A stretch of DNA of 64,000 bases, taken from the NCBI RefSeq assembly GCF_988243305.1, contig NZ_OZ547136.1; one strand, 5' to 3'. Below, one piece after another: positions 52,515 through 62,532 of the stretch. The notes beneath the pieces are model-generated. The model had not been told where the DNA came from and did not search any database. It saw only the letters and a program-made list of their open reading frames with translations. The stretch's first letter is position 1. Each line of letters starts with the position of its first letter. The position numbers were made by a program, and so were the translations under genes.

Positions 52515-53846
52515 ATGAGCGAACTGACCGATCTTTTATTGCAAGGGCCGCGTTCTGCCCCGGAATTGCGCCAGCGTCTGGCAATCAGTCAGGCGACGTT
52601 CTCACGCCTTGTTGCCAGAGAAGATCGGGTGATTCGCTTTGGTAAAGCACGGGCAACGCGATATGCACTGCTGCGTCCTTATCGCGGAATTGAGCGTATT
52701 CCCGTATGGCGAGTGGACGATGCCGGAAAGGCGCATAAATTCGCCGACATCCGGTTGTGCTGGCCGCAGGGAAGTTGTCTGGTAACAGGCGCAGATGGCG
52801 ACGAACAGTGGTTTGATGGTTTGCCCTGGTATTTGACCGATCTGCGACCGCAGGGGTTTTTGGGGCGCGCGTGGGGCAGGAAGTTAGCCGCGCAACTGAA
52901 TCTTACTGAAGATATCCGTCTCTGGCAGGAAGAAGATGTGCTCTACGCCCTGACCGTATTTAGCGGTGAATACACCGGCGGCTGGCTGGTCGGGGAGGGG
53001 AATTATCAGCGATGGATTACTGCACAACGCCCTGCGGCAATTCATCTGGATCAAAAACTCACCCGTTATGAACAACTGGCGCATGATGCACTGGCAGGAG
53101 AAATTGTGGGTTCTTCTGCGGGCGGCGAGCAGCCAAAATTTACCTGCTATGCACAAACGCCGTCAGGCAATAAACATGTGCTGGTTAAATTCACCGTGCC
53201 ACAGCAAACCGCGGTCAGCCAACGTTGGGGCGACTTGCTTATTGCGGAATCTATTGCCGCGCAAATCCTGCGCGACGGTGGGATCCACGCCATCGAGTCA
53301 ACGGTGCTTGTAACAAGTAACAGGCAGGTATTCCTTGAAGCGGAACGATTTGACTGCAAAGGTAACGATGGTCGCTTGCCCATTGTGTCGCTGGAGGCGG
53401 TGCAGAGTGAGTTTATCTCTTCTCCGGGATCGTGGCCGGAGGCTATGCGCCGTTTGTGTGAGCAACAACTTGTCACTCACCAGAGCGTGGCGCAAACAGA
53501 AGTGATCTGGGCGTTTGGGCGACTTATCGCCAACAGCGATATGCACGCAGGCAATTTATCATTTTATTTATCTGAACCACCATTTGCGCTGACGCCCGTC
53601 TACGACATGCTGCCGATGGCCTATGCACCAAACAGCGCCGGAATGTTGCGTGATGCTGCCATTGAGGTGAGGTTTGATCTTAACGTCAGTAAAAGTGCAT
53701 GGTTAACGGCGATCCCGCTGGCGCAGCAGTTCTGGCAAACGGTCGCCGGAGATCCGCGTATCAGCGAGGCATTTCGCCACATTGCACAAGAAATGCCGGA
53801 AAAAATCCGGCAAATCGAAGGGAAAGTTGCCCGCATGGGCGGGTAA
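52515..53846 (+). CDS. yjjJ: HipA-family Ser/Thr kinase toxin homologue with N-terminal HTH, YjjJ
   Basis: 443-aa ORF with an N-terminal HTH (…ISQATFSRLVAREDRVIRFGKARATRYAL…) and a C-terminal HipA-like kinase core (…DMHAGNLSF…). Confidence 0.88.
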   Translation: MSELTDLLLQGPRSAPELRQRLAISQATFSRLVAREDRVIRFGKARATRYALLRPYRGIERIPVWRVDDAGKAHKFADIRLCWPQGSCLVTGADGDEQWFDGLPWYLTDLRPQGFLGRAWGRKLAAQLNLTEDIRLWQEEDVLYALTVFSGEYTGGWLVGEGNYQRWITAQRPAAIHLDQKLTRYEQLAHDALAGEIVGSSAGGEQPKFTCYAQTPSGNKHVLVKFTVPQQTAVSQRWGDLLIAESIAAQILRDGGIHAIESTVLVTSNRQVFLEAERFDCKGNDGRLPIVSLEAVQSEFISSPGSWPEAMRRLCEQQLVTHQSVAQTEVIWAFGRLIANSDMHAGNLSFYLSEPPFALTPVYDMLPMAYAPNSAGMLRDAAIEVRFDLNVSKSAWLTAIPLAQQFWQTVAGDPRISEAFRHIAQEMPEKIRQIEGKVARMGG

Positions 53847-54863
53847 CTACCGCACTGCCCCCGCTATCCATGCCGACAACTCCCGTAGCTCTTTTTCCTG
53901 TTCCGGGAAGTCAACCAACAGCGCTTCGCACTCCTGTTGCAGCATATCTGCGCGGTACAGGCAGCCTTGCAGTCGCCCGGCGAGGGCTTCCAGCGGCGCG
54001 GGGTTGAGGCTGTCGGTAAACACCTGGGCGCGGGTGATATGGCCTTTTTCAACGTCGAAATGCAGTTCCACGCCGCCCCAGGTAAAGCGTTCATCCAGCA
54101 GATGCGAGAATGCCGGAGCCTGACCGAAGTTCCATTCCCAGCTACTCTGACGGGCAAAGGTTTCGGCGAAGTTTGGCAAGTCTGGCGTTTTGTCCGGGGA
54201 GATGATTTCCGCTTCCACGCGCTCGCCATAATGGGCGAAAAAGGCCTCGGTTATGGCCTCGCAAACCTGCTCATGGGTGATCCCCGGCAGCAATTCGGTC
54301 AGATTGGTCACGCGGGAACGTACCGAGGTAATGCCTTTCGCCGCCAGTTTCTTTTTATCCGGGTTGAGATAGTTTGCCAGGCGGCTAAGGTCGGCATTAA
54401 GTAGCAAGGTGCCGTGATGGAAGCCACGATCTTTGGTTTCGCGATAGGCTGAGCCTGAGACTTTGCGGTCGCCTTCGGCGGTTTTCACCACCAGATCGTT
54501 ACGGCCGGACGCTTCGGCGCTGACGCCGAGCGCGTTCAGCGCATTAAGCACAATCGACGTGGAGATAGTTTTATCGTACTCCGGCTTGCCAGCCATAAAG
54601 GTAAAGCAGGTATTACCGAGATCGTGGAACACCGCGCCGCCACCGCTACTGCGCCGCGCCAGGCGGACGTTATCTTCTTCCATCCGCCGGGTATTACACT
54701 CTTTCCACGGGTTCTGCGCGCGACCAATCACTACCGTGTCGGCATTGCGCCAGAGAAACAGAACGCGCTGCGTGGCGGGCATCTGGCGAAAAATACACTC
54801 CTCCACCGCCAGGTTAAACCACGGGTCGTAAGAGTCAGAGATGAGCAGGCGTAATGTGGACAT
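53847..54863 (-). CDS. lplA: Lipoate-protein ligase A LplA
   Basis: 338-aa [32 protein letters not shown].... Confidence 0.95.
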   Translation of the reverse strand: MSTLRLLISDSYDPWFNLAVEECIFRQMPATQRVLFLWRNADTVVIGRAQNPWKECNTRRMEEDNVRLARRSSGGGAVFHDLGNTCFTFMAGKPEYDKTISTSIVLNALNALGVSAEASGRNDLVVKTAEGDRKVSGSAYRETKDRGFHHGTLLLNADLSRLANYLNPDKKKLAAKGITSVRSRVTNLTELLPGITHEQVCEAITEAFFAHYGERVEAEIISPDKTPDLPNFAETFARQSSWEWNFGQAPAFSHLLDERFTWGGVELHFDVEKGHITRAQVFTDSLNPAPLEALAGRLQGCLYRADMLQQECEALLVDFPEQEKELRELSAWIAGAVR

Positions 54864-54890
54864 AACGATTTCCTTTCTTGTAGTAATGGG

Positions 54891-55535
54891 TCACTCTTTT
54901 TTCTCGCTTTCTTCCTCTTCCGGCACCGGTTTGCTGGCGGTTAACAGGAAGGGCGATTGCTGCCAGCGGGTGCGTTTACCCTGTAGCAGCGTGCGGGTCA
55001 GCACTACGCCGATTGCCAGTGAGAGCAGCAACATCAGGCGTAAAATGTTAGTGGTGTTATCCACCTGTTGGGCTTCGGTGGCGAGCGTATGGGTGTCGAG
55101 CGTCAGGCGCAGATAGCCGAGCGGTCCGTTTTTCCCGGCAATTGGTTCGACAATCTGCTGGTTAAAATAGCCGCCCGCTTTTTTGCCGTCGAGCGCCAAC
55201 CGGTCGCGCACTTCGACGCTTTCGCCAGAACGGGCGATAAGATCGCCTTGTTCGTCATACACGCCCGCGTCGAGGATGCGGCTTTCATCCGTTAACTGAT
55301 CGAGGATCGCCTGAATGCGTTTGTCATCCGGTGAGTCGGTACGCATCAGCGGTGCAACGTTCAGCGTCACCTGACGCGCCAGGGTGCGGGCCAGTTCTTC
55401 CAGCTGTGGATTACGCTGTCGCTGGTGGTTTTGACTAAACCATGACGCTCCCTGCATCAGCGCCACTAACAAGGCAAGACAGAACAGGACAATCACTGCC
55501 CGATGCAGCCGGAATTTCAGTTTTGTGCGAGCCAT
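54891..55535 (-). CDS. ytjB: Inner-membrane protein YtjB (Smp)
   Basis: 214-aa ORF with an N-terminal TM segment; divergent from serB. Confidence 0.88.
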   Translation of the reverse strand: MARTKLKFRLHRAVIVLFCLALLVALMQGASWFSQNHQRQRNPQLEELARTLARQVTLNVAPLMRTDSPDDKRIQAILDQLTDESRILDAGVYDEQGDLIARSGESVEVRDRLALDGKKAGGYFNQQIVEPIAGKNGPLGYLRLTLDTHTLATEAQQVDNTTNILRLMLLLSLAIGVVLTRTLLQGKRTRWQQSPFLLTASKPVPEEEESEKKE

Positions 55536-55640
55536 CTTCCACCCTTTGAAAATTTGAGACTTAATGTTGCCAGAAGCAATGGATACAAGGTAGCCTCATG
55601 CGTTATTTTCCCTGCTTCGAACGATTTTACAGGAGCCTTA

Positions 55641-56609
55641 ATGCCTAACATTACCTGGTGCGACCTGCCTGAAGATGTCTCTTTATGGCCGGGTCTGCCT
55701 CTTTCATTAAGTGGTGATGAAGTGATGCCACTGGATTACCACGCAGGTCGTAGCGGCTGGCTGCTGTATGGTCGTGGGCTGGATAAACAACGTCTGACCC
55801 AATACCAGAGCAAACTGGGCGCGGCGATGGTGATTGTTGCCGCCTGGTGCGTGGAAGATTATCAGGTGATTCGTCTGGCAGGTTCACTCACCGCGCGGGC
55901 TACGCGCCTGGCCCATGAAGTGCAACTGGATGTCGCGCCGCTGGGGAAAATCCCGCACCTGCGCACGCCGGGTTTGCTGGTGATGGACATGGACTCCACC
56001 GCCATCCAGATTGAATGTATTGATGAAATTGCCAAACTGGCCGGAACGGGCGAGATGGTGGCGGAAGTAACCGAACGGGCGATGCGCGGCGAACTCGATT
56101 TTACCGCCAGCCTGCGCAGCCGCGTGGCGACGCTGAAAGGCGCTGACGCCAATATTCTGCAACAGGTGCGTGAAAATCTGCCGCTGATGCCAGGCTTAAC
56201 GCAGCTGGTACTCAAGCTGGAAACGCTGGGCTGGAAAGTGGCGATTGCCTCCGGTGGCTTTACTTTCTTTGCTGAATACCTGCGCGACAAGCTGCGCCTG
56301 ACAGCCGTGGTAGCCAATGAACTGGAGATCATGGACGGTAAATTTACCGGCAATGTGATCGGCGACATCGTTGACGCGCAATATAAAGCGAAAACCCTGA
56401 CCCGCCTCGCGCAGGAGTATGAAATCCCGCTGGCGCAGACCGTGGCGATTGGCGATGGAGCCAATGACCTGCCGATGATCAAAGCGGCAGGGCTGGGGAT
56501 TGCCTACCATGCCAAGCCAAAAGTGAATGAAAAGACGGAAGTCACCATCCGTCACGCTGACCTGATGGGGGTATTCTGCATCCTCTCCGGCAGCCTGAAT
56601 CAGAAGTAA
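55641..56609 (+). CDS. serB: Phosphoserine phosphatase SerB
   Basis: Start at MPNITWCDLPEDVSLWPGLPLSL (322 aa); HAD motif DMDSTAI. Confidence 0.93.
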   Translation: MPNITWCDLPEDVSLWPGLPLSLSGDEVMPLDYHAGRSGWLLYGRGLDKQRLTQYQSKLGAAMVIVAAWCVEDYQVIRLAGSLTARATRLAHEVQLDVAPLGKIPHLRTPGLLVMDMDSTAIQIECIDEIAKLAGTGEMVAEVTERAMRGELDFTASLRSRVATLKGADANILQQVRENLPLMPGLTQLVLKLETLGWKVAIASGGFTFFAEYLRDKLRLTAVVANELEIMDGKFTGNVIGDIVDAQYKAKTLTRLAQEYEIPLAQTVAIGDGANDLPMIKAAGLGIAYHAKPKVNEKTEVTIRHADLMGVFCILSGSLNQK

Positions 56610-56657
56610 TTGCCCGCCCGTCATCCTGCGGGCGGCACAGCATTAACGAGGTACATC

Positions 56658-58040
56658 GTGGCAAAAGCTCCAAAACGCGCCTTTGTTTGTAATGAATGCG
56701 GGGCCGATTATCCGCGCTGGCAGGGGCAGTGCAGTGCCTGTCATGCCTGGAACACCATCACCGAGGTGCGTCTTGCAGCGTCGCCAACGGTGGCGCGTAA
56801 CGAGCGTCTCAGCGGCTATGCCGGTAGCGCCGGGGTGGCAAAAGTCCAGAAACTTTCCGACATCAGCCTTGAAGAGCTGCCGCGTTTTTCCACCGGATTT
56901 AAAGAGTTCGACCGCGTATTAGGCGGCGGCGTGGTGCCGGGAAGTGCCATTCTGATTGGCGGTAACCCTGGTGCGGGGAAATCCACGTTGCTACTGCAAA
57001 CGCTGTGCAAACTGGCGCAGCAGATGAAAACGCTGTATGTCACCGGCGAAGAGTCGCTGCAACAGGTGGCAATGCGCGCTCATCGCCTTGGCCTGCCGAC
57101 TGACAATCTTAATATGCTGTCGGAAACCAGCATCGAGCAGATCTGCCTGATTGCCGAAGAAGAGCAACCGAAGCTGATGGTAATTGACTCGATCCAGGTG
57201 ATGCATATGGCGGATGTACAATCATCGCCTGGTAGCGTGGCGCAGGTGCGTGAAACGGCGGCTTATCTGACGCGCTTCGCCAAAACGCGCGGCGTGGCGA
57301 TTGTCATGGTCGGGCACGTAACCAAAGATGGCTCGCTGGCTGGCCCTAAAGTGCTGGAACACTGTATCGACTGTTCGGTGCTTTTGGATGGCGATGCCGA
57401 CTCCCGTTTTCGCACCTTGCGCAGCCATAAAAACCGCTTCGGCGCGGTGAATGAGCTGGGCGTCTTCGCGATGACCGAACAGGGGCTGCGTGAAGTTAGC
57501 AACCCTTCCGCCATCTTTTTAAGCCGCGGTGATGAAGTGACCTCCGGTAGCTCAGTGATGGTGGTATGGGAAGGAACGCGTCCACTGCTGGTGGAGATCC
57601 AGGCGCTGGTCGATCACTCGATGATGGCGAATCCACGCCGCGTCGCAGTAGGGCTGGAGCAAAACCGTCTGGCAATCCTGCTGGCTGTCTTGCACCGTCA
57701 CGGTGGTCTGCAAATGGCCGATCAGGATGTGTTTGTGAACGTGGTCGGCGGCGTGAAGGTAACCGAAACCAGCGCCGACTTAGCGTTACTGCTGGCGATG
57801 GTTTCCAGCCTGCGTGACAGACCGCTGCCACAGGATCTGGTGGTGTTTGGTGAAGTCGGGCTGGCAGGGGAGATCCGCCCGGTGCCCAGCGGTCAGGAAC
57901 GAATCTCTGAAGCGGCGAAACACGGTTTTCGCCGGGCGATTGTTCCTGCGGCTAACGTACCGAAAAAAGCGCCGGAAGGGATGCAGATTTTTGGCGTTAA
58001 AAAACTCTCCGACGCGCTTAGCGTGTTCGACGACTTATAA
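56658..58040 (+). CDS. radA: DNA repair protein RadA (Sms)
   Basis: GTG start giving MAKAPKRAFVCNECGADYPRWQGQCSAC (460 aa). Zn finger, RecA-like Walker A GNPGAGKST and Lon-like C-terminus. Confidence 0.93.
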   Translation: MAKAPKRAFVCNECGADYPRWQGQCSACHAWNTITEVRLAASPTVARNERLSGYAGSAGVAKVQKLSDISLEELPRFSTGFKEFDRVLGGGVVPGSAILIGGNPGAGKSTLLLQTLCKLAQQMKTLYVTGEESLQQVAMRAHRLGLPTDNLNMLSETSIEQICLIAEEEQPKLMVIDSIQVMHMADVQSSPGSVAQVRETAAYLTRFAKTRGVAIVMVGHVTKDGSLAGPKVLEHCIDCSVLLDGDADSRFRTLRSHKNRFGAVNELGVFAMTEQGLREVSNPSAIFLSRGDEVTSGSSVMVVWEGTRPLLVEIQALVDHSMMANPRRVAVGLEQNRLAILLAVLHRHGGLQMADQDVFVNVVGGVKVTETSADLALLLAMVSSLRDRPLPQDLVVFGEVGLAGEIRPVPSGQERISEAAKHGFRRAIVPAANVPKKAPEGMQIFGVKKLSDALSVFDDL

Positions 58041-58060
58041 TGAGAAATACGGAGGGAGAT

Positions 58061-59293
58061 ATGTCGTCATTTGATTACCTGAAAACTGCCATCAAGCAAC
58101 AGGGCTGCACGCTACAGCAGGTAGCTGATGCCAGCGGTATGACCAAAGGGTATTTAAGCCAGTTACTGAATGCCAAAATCAAAAGCCCCAGCGCGCAAAA
58201 GCTGGAGGCGTTGCACCGTTTTTTGGGGCTTGAGTTTCCCCGACAGAAGAAAACCATTGGTGTCGTATTCGGTAAGTTCTACCCGCTGCATACCGGACAT
58301 ATCTACCTTATCCAGCGCGCCTGTAGCCAGGTTGACGAGCTGCATATCATTATGGGTTTTGACGATACCCGCGACCGCGCGTTGTTTGAAGACAGCGCCA
58401 TGTCGCAGCAGCCCACCGTGCCGGATCGTCTGCGCTGGTTATTGCAAACCTTTAAATATCAGAAAAATATCCGTATTCATGCTTTCAACGAAGAGGGTAT
58501 GGAGCCGTATCCGCACGGCTGGGATGTGTGGAGCTACGGCATCAAAAAGTTTATGGCTGAAAAGGGGATCCAGCCGGACCTGATCTACACCTCGGAAGAA
58601 GCCGATGCGCCACAGTATATGGAACATCTGGGGATCGAAACGGTGCTGGTCGATCCGAAACGCACCTTTATGAGTATCAGCGGTGCGCAGATCCGCGAAA
58701 ACCCGTTCCGCTACTGGGAATATATTCCCACCGAAGTGAAGCCGTTCTTTGTGCGTACCGTGGCGATCCTTGGCGGCGAGTCGAGCGGTAAATCCACCCT
58801 GGTAAACAAACTTGCTAATATCTTCAACACTACCAGTGCATGGGAATATGGTCGCGATTATGTCTTTTCACACCTTGGCGGTGATGAGATCGCATTGCAG
58901 TATTCCGACTACGATAAAATCGCGCTGGGACACGCTCAATACATTGATTTTGCAGTGAAATATGCCAATAAAGTGGCGTTTATCGACACTGATTTTGTCA
59001 CTACCCAGGCGTTCTGCAAAAAGTACGAAGGGCGGGAGCATCCGTTCGTGCAGGCGCTGATCGATGAATACCGTTTTGATCTGGTTATCTTGCTGGAGAA
59101 CAACACCCCGTGGGTGGCGGATGGTTTACGCAGCCTCGGCAGTTCGGTGGATCGCAAAGAGTTCCAGAACTTGCTGGTGGAGATGCTGGAAGAGAACAAT
59201 ATCGAATTTGTGCGGGTTGAAGAGGACGATTACGACAGCCGTTTCCTGCGCTGTGTGGAGCTGGTGCGGGAGATGATGGGCGAGCAGAGATAA
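58061..59293 (+). CDS. nadR: Trifunctional NAD biosynthesis / regulator protein NadR
   Basis: Start at MSSFDYLKTAIKQQGCTLQQVADASGMTKGYLSQLL (410 aa). Confidence 0.93.
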   Translation: MSSFDYLKTAIKQQGCTLQQVADASGMTKGYLSQLLNAKIKSPSAQKLEALHRFLGLEFPRQKKTIGVVFGKFYPLHTGHIYLIQRACSQVDELHIIMGFDDTRDRALFEDSAMSQQPTVPDRLRWLLQTFKYQKNIRIHAFNEEGMEPYPHGWDVWSYGIKKFMAEKGIQPDLIYTSEEADAPQYMEHLGIETVLVDPKRTFMSISGAQIRENPFRYWEYIPTEVKPFFVRTVAILGGESSGKSTLVNKLANIFNTTSAWEYGRDYVFSHLGGDEIALQYSDYDKIALGHAQYIDFAVKYANKVAFIDTDFVTTQAFCKKYEGREHPFVQALIDEYRFDLVILLENNTPWVADGLRSLGSSVDRKEFQNLLVEMLEENNIEFVRVEEDDYDSRFLRCVELVREMMGEQR

Positions 59294-59326
59294 CCGTGAC
59301 GAAACGGCTCAAAGGCGAGGTATAAA

Positions 59327-59480
59327 ATGAGTTTTTTTGATGAGTTGAAAACCTCTCTGGAAGAGGCTGTTGAGATTAGAAAGAACCTGCACGGGTGACC
59401 CACTACGAAATTGCGGATGCTAAGGCTATTCGTGAGCAACTTCATACTCCAACTGACCGGTTGCGTAGCCAGAATGCAAT
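59327..59480 (+). pseudogene. Frameshifted remnant of a small ORF (23-aa MSFFDELKTSLEEAVEIRKNLHG continuing out of frame as THYEIADAKAIREQLH...); possible decayed small HTH/antitoxin-like gene
   Basis: Good RBS and ATG at 59327, then a stop after 23 codons. A protein-like continuation lies in another frame. Family assignment is tentative; 3' extent is approximate. Confidence 0.3.
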
Positions 59481-59519
59481 CAAATCTGACAGTCTGCTTC
59501 GGCGCGCGCTTTGGTGTAT

Positions 59520-59711
59520 TTACCGGAGTAAATCAGCGTGCCGTGGAAAATTATGCGCAGCGCTTCTGCTGATTTGCGTACCTTCGCTGATGATAAGTCC
59601 TGCACTAGCGCGCTGCGCGTAATAGTCCGCCATCATGTCAATCGCAACGTCACCCGCACCGGCGCGGGAACGCGTCATCGGTGGCAGTACAAAACGGTTT
59701 ATTAATGGCAA
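59520..59711 (-). pseudogene. N-terminal fragment of an Old Yellow Enzyme / NemA-like NADH:flavin oxidoreductase gene (truncated)
   Basis: Translation ...NRFVLPPMTRSRAGAGDVAIDMMADYYAQRASAGLIISEGTQIS matches the conserved OYE N-terminus (…APLTR…YYRQRASAGLIISEATQIS…), then diverges to a stop after about 63 codons. Confidence 0.5.
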
Positions 59712-59759
59712 CGCATTCAGCGCATATTTAGCAAATTACGTAATGGGTCCCTTGCGCGG

Positions 59760-59972
59760 TTATTTGTACAGTTCGGCACTCATGGTGACGGTATTGCCCA
59801 TGCGAGCGCTGGTGATTTTGTATTCAGAGGCGTTCATCTCTTTCGCTTTCTGCGCAATAACTGCTTCCGCAGAATCCAGTGTTGTACCGGTTGCTGTCAC
59901 GCTTTGCGCCGATGCGTTAAACGCCGCGACAGAGAAAAGAGAAGCTGTAAAAATTGCGATGATCGTTTTCAT
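59760..59972 (-). CDS. DUF1471 (YdgH/BhsA/McbA-family) small periplasmic protein, about 70 aa
   Basis: ORF track 59760..60140. Start set at MKTIIAIFTASLFSVAAFNASA (signal peptide). C-terminal ...TVTMSAELYK is typical of the family. Confidence 0.75.
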   Translation of the reverse strand: MKTIIAIFTASLFSVAAFNASAQSVTATGTTLDSAEAVIAQKAKEMNASEYKITSARMGNTVTMSAELYK

Positions 59973-60129
59973 GTTTATATTCCAGAGTGTCTTAATTGTT
60001 TGGCGTTTATTAACGCGATGGGGAGAGAATACGCCTGCTGCCTGATAACATAAATGATACAAATGACAATAGACTATTCTGCTTTTGTTAATAATCAGAC
60101 GCCGGACGTTCCGACGCCTGTCGATTGCA

Positions 60130-60546
60130 TCAGGCAACAAAGTTGTCCTTCAGCGCCTTGAGACCATCCCGATAGATGCCGGTAAACAGCGCTTCGGCCT
60201 CTTCGTTCGTCACATTCACCGGGGTGAATTCACCGAACCATTCCACACGGGAAACCTGGCTGTCGGCGGTTTCATGAACGGTAATGGTGGAGAGGTAATC
60301 CACCACCGGGAACGGTGCCTGAATAATGGAATAGGTATAACTGCGTTGACGGTTATCAAACGCTTCCAGACGTTCAACCACAGTGCCGCCGTCAGAGGTT
60401 GTCAGCGAACGAACGCGACCGCCTTCTGTCACTACGCTTTTCGGGATGAACGGCAGCCAGTCTGGCAGCGCATCAAAGCCGCCCATCAATTGCCATACGG
60501 TGTCGGCAGAAGCCGGAATTTCGATCGATACAGTTGTTTTAGCCAT
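60130..60546 (-). CDS. SRPBCC (Bet v1-like / polyketide-cyclase-like) family protein, 138 aa
   Basis: MAKTTVSIEIPASADTVWQLMGGFDALPDWLP... has the N-terminal pattern typical of SRPBCC ligand-binding proteins. Confidence 0.65.
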   Translation of the reverse strand: MAKTTVSIEIPASADTVWQLMGGFDALPDWLPFIPKSVVTEGGRVRSLTTSDGGTVVERLEAFDNRQRSYTYSIIQAPFPVVDYLSTITVHETADSQVSRVEWFGEFTPVNVTNEEAEALFTGIYRDGLKALKDNFVA

Positions 60547-60571
60547 GATAATTTTCTCTTAATTTATAGGG

Positions 60572-61369
60572 TTACATTGTCAGGGTGTCGACGACGCCGC
60601 CATCGACGCGCAGGGCTGCCCCTGTGGTTGCCGAGGAAAGCGGTGACGCGAGATAAACCGCCAGATTCGCCACTTCTTCCACATCTGCCGCACGCTGGAT
60701 GATGGAGCTCGGACGTGAGGTTTTAACAAACTCATCGGCCTGTTCACGCGCACTGCGTCCCGATTGTGCAGCGGCATCCGCCAGCATCTCTTTCAGGCCA
60801 TCGGTAAAGGTTGGCCCTGGCAGAATGGCGTTGACGGTCACACCGGTCCCCGCCAGTCGTTTCGCCAGACCATGAGAGACCGCCAGATTCGCAGCTTTGG
60901 TGACGCCGTAGTTGATCATGTCGCCAGGAATTGCCACGCCGGATTCGGACGAGACAAAGATAATCCGCCCCCAGCCCTGTTCCGTCATGCCTGGCGCATA
61001 GTGACGCGCCAGACGAACGCCGGAGAGGACGTTGACGTTATAGAAGTGCATCCACTCATCATCCGGAACGCTAAAGAAATCTTTATCGTTAAAAATGCCC
61101 AGATTATTGACCAGCACATCAGCCGTTGGGACTGCAGCGATCAGCGCAGCCACGCCGTCTTCGGTGCTGAGATCGGCCACCACGCCACGCAGTGACGCCG
61201 TGGGAGTTTGTGCCGCAATCGCAGCCATGGCATCATCAACGCCGCGCTGTTTACGGCCGACGACAACCACCGTTGCGCCTGCTTTTGCCAGTCCGGCGGC
61301 GATACCCTGCCTAATGCCGGAGGTTGAGCCGCTGACCACCGCGACTTTACCTGTCAGATCCAGTTTCAT
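60572..61369 (-). CDS. Short-chain dehydrogenase/reductase (SDR), about 265 aa
   Basis: Start set at MKLDLTGKVAVVSGSTSGIRQGIA (Rossmann TGxxxGxG-type motif), 20 nt downstream of the AKR gene stop. Confidence 0.82.
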   Translation of the reverse strand: MKLDLTGKVAVVSGSTSGIRQGIAAGLAKAGATVVVVGRKQRGVDDAMAAIAAQTPTASLRGVVADLSTEDGVAALIAAVPTADVLVNNLGIFNDKDFFSVPDDEWMHFYNVNVLSGVRLARHYAPGMTEQGWGRIIFVSSESGVAIPGDMINYGVTKAANLAVSHGLAKRLAGTGVTVNAILPGPTFTDGLKEMLADAAAQSGRSAREQADEFVKTSRPSSIIQRAADVEEVANLAVYLASPLSSATTGAALRVDGGVVDTLTM

Positions 61370-61388
61370 CGTTTTCTCACCAGGTTGA

Positions 61389-62399
61389 TTAACGGGTCGG
61401 CAGCGGAGCGTTTTCCGCAACCAGATTTTGACGGCGCATTTCTGCCCAGAATTCAGCCGGAACAGGCGCATTCAGTGCAGCCAGATCTTCTGCCATACGG
61501 CCAGGACGGCTGGAGCCAGGAATAACCGCTGCAACGGCCGGGTTTGCCAGCGCGAACTGCAGCGCAGCTGCTTTAACGTTCACATTGAAACGTGTGGCAA
61601 TGGCGTTAATTTGCGCCACTTTCTGCTGGATGGCCGCAGAAGCTTTCTGATATTCAAAGTGCTCGCCGCCTGCCAGTACGCCAGAGCTGTACGGACCGCC
61701 CACAACAATATCCACGTTCTGTTCCAGTGCTTCTGGCATCAGGCGTTGCAGCGCACGTTCGTGATCCAGCAGGGAATAACGCCCCGCCAGCAGGAACGCA
61801 TCCGGCTTCGGTTCGTCCAGCGCCAGCGTCAGTTCGCAAGGTTCGACGCGATTCACACCCAGTCCCCAGGCTTTAATCACACCTTCGTCACGCAAACGCG
61901 TCAGCGCACGAAACGCACCGGTACGGGCTATGTTGAACTGTTCCAGCCAGCTGTCACCGTAGAAGTCCTGCGCCGGGTCGTGGATCCAGACAATATCCAG
62001 ACGATCTGTTTTCAGGCGTTTCAGGCTGTCTTCAATCGAGCGCAGCGTGGCGTCAGCAGAGTAGTCATTCAGAATTTTGTTTTTCAGGCCGTGTTCGAAC
62101 AGGCCACCTTTTTCACCGAAATCACGTTTTGCCGGATCTTCCATTTCGTCCAGCATGATGCGGCCGACTTTGCTGCTCAGAACGTATTCATCACGTGGAT
62201 ACTGAGACAGCGCTTCACCCATGCGGATTTCAGAAAGGCCAGAGCCGTACAGCGGCGCGGTATCAAAGTAACGCACGCCCAGGTTCCAGGCTTCGCTCAC
62301 GGTGGCGTGGGCCTCTTCTTCCGGAATGGCACGGAACATGTTGCCGAGTGGTGCGCCGCCTAAGCCAATTTTGCCGGGAAGTAAATTTTTGATGCTCAT
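61389..62399 (-). CDS. Aldo/keto reductase family oxidoreductase, 336 aa
   Basis: MSIKNLLPGKIGLGGAPLGNMF...YFDTAPLYGSGLSE...IHDP... are AKR signature segments. Confidence 0.85.
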   Translation of the reverse strand: MSIKNLLPGKIGLGGAPLGNMFRAIPEEEAHATVSEAWNLGVRYFDTAPLYGSGLSEIRMGEALSQYPRDEYVLSSKVGRIMLDEMEDPAKRDFGEKGGLFEHGLKNKILNDYSADATLRSIEDSLKRLKTDRLDIVWIHDPAQDFYGDSWLEQFNIARTGAFRALTRLRDEGVIKAWGLGVNRVEPCELTLALDEPKPDAFLLAGRYSLLDHERALQRLMPEALEQNVDIVVGGPYSSGVLAGGEHFEYQKASAAIQQKVAQINAIATRFNVNVKAAALQFALANPAVAAVIPGSSRPGRMAEDLAALNAPVPAEFWAEMRRQNLVAENAPLPTR

Positions 62400-62532
62400 A
62401 AGATGTCCTCAATTATTCGGTTTGGGTTAGGGCGTTTTTTTGCTATCGCCCTGTGACGTGGATCACAATACCTTGCGAGGTTGTGACTTGATAGGACATA
62501 ATTCGTCTGACTTAAGTCCTTTGAGGTCTAAC

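Noticed and set aside
61428-62363. 311-aa plus-strand ORF antisense to the aldo/keto reductase gene
   Set aside because: Same pattern: long open frame opposite a real gene with biased Arg/Gln/His composition. The AKR reading on the minus strand has clear family motifs.
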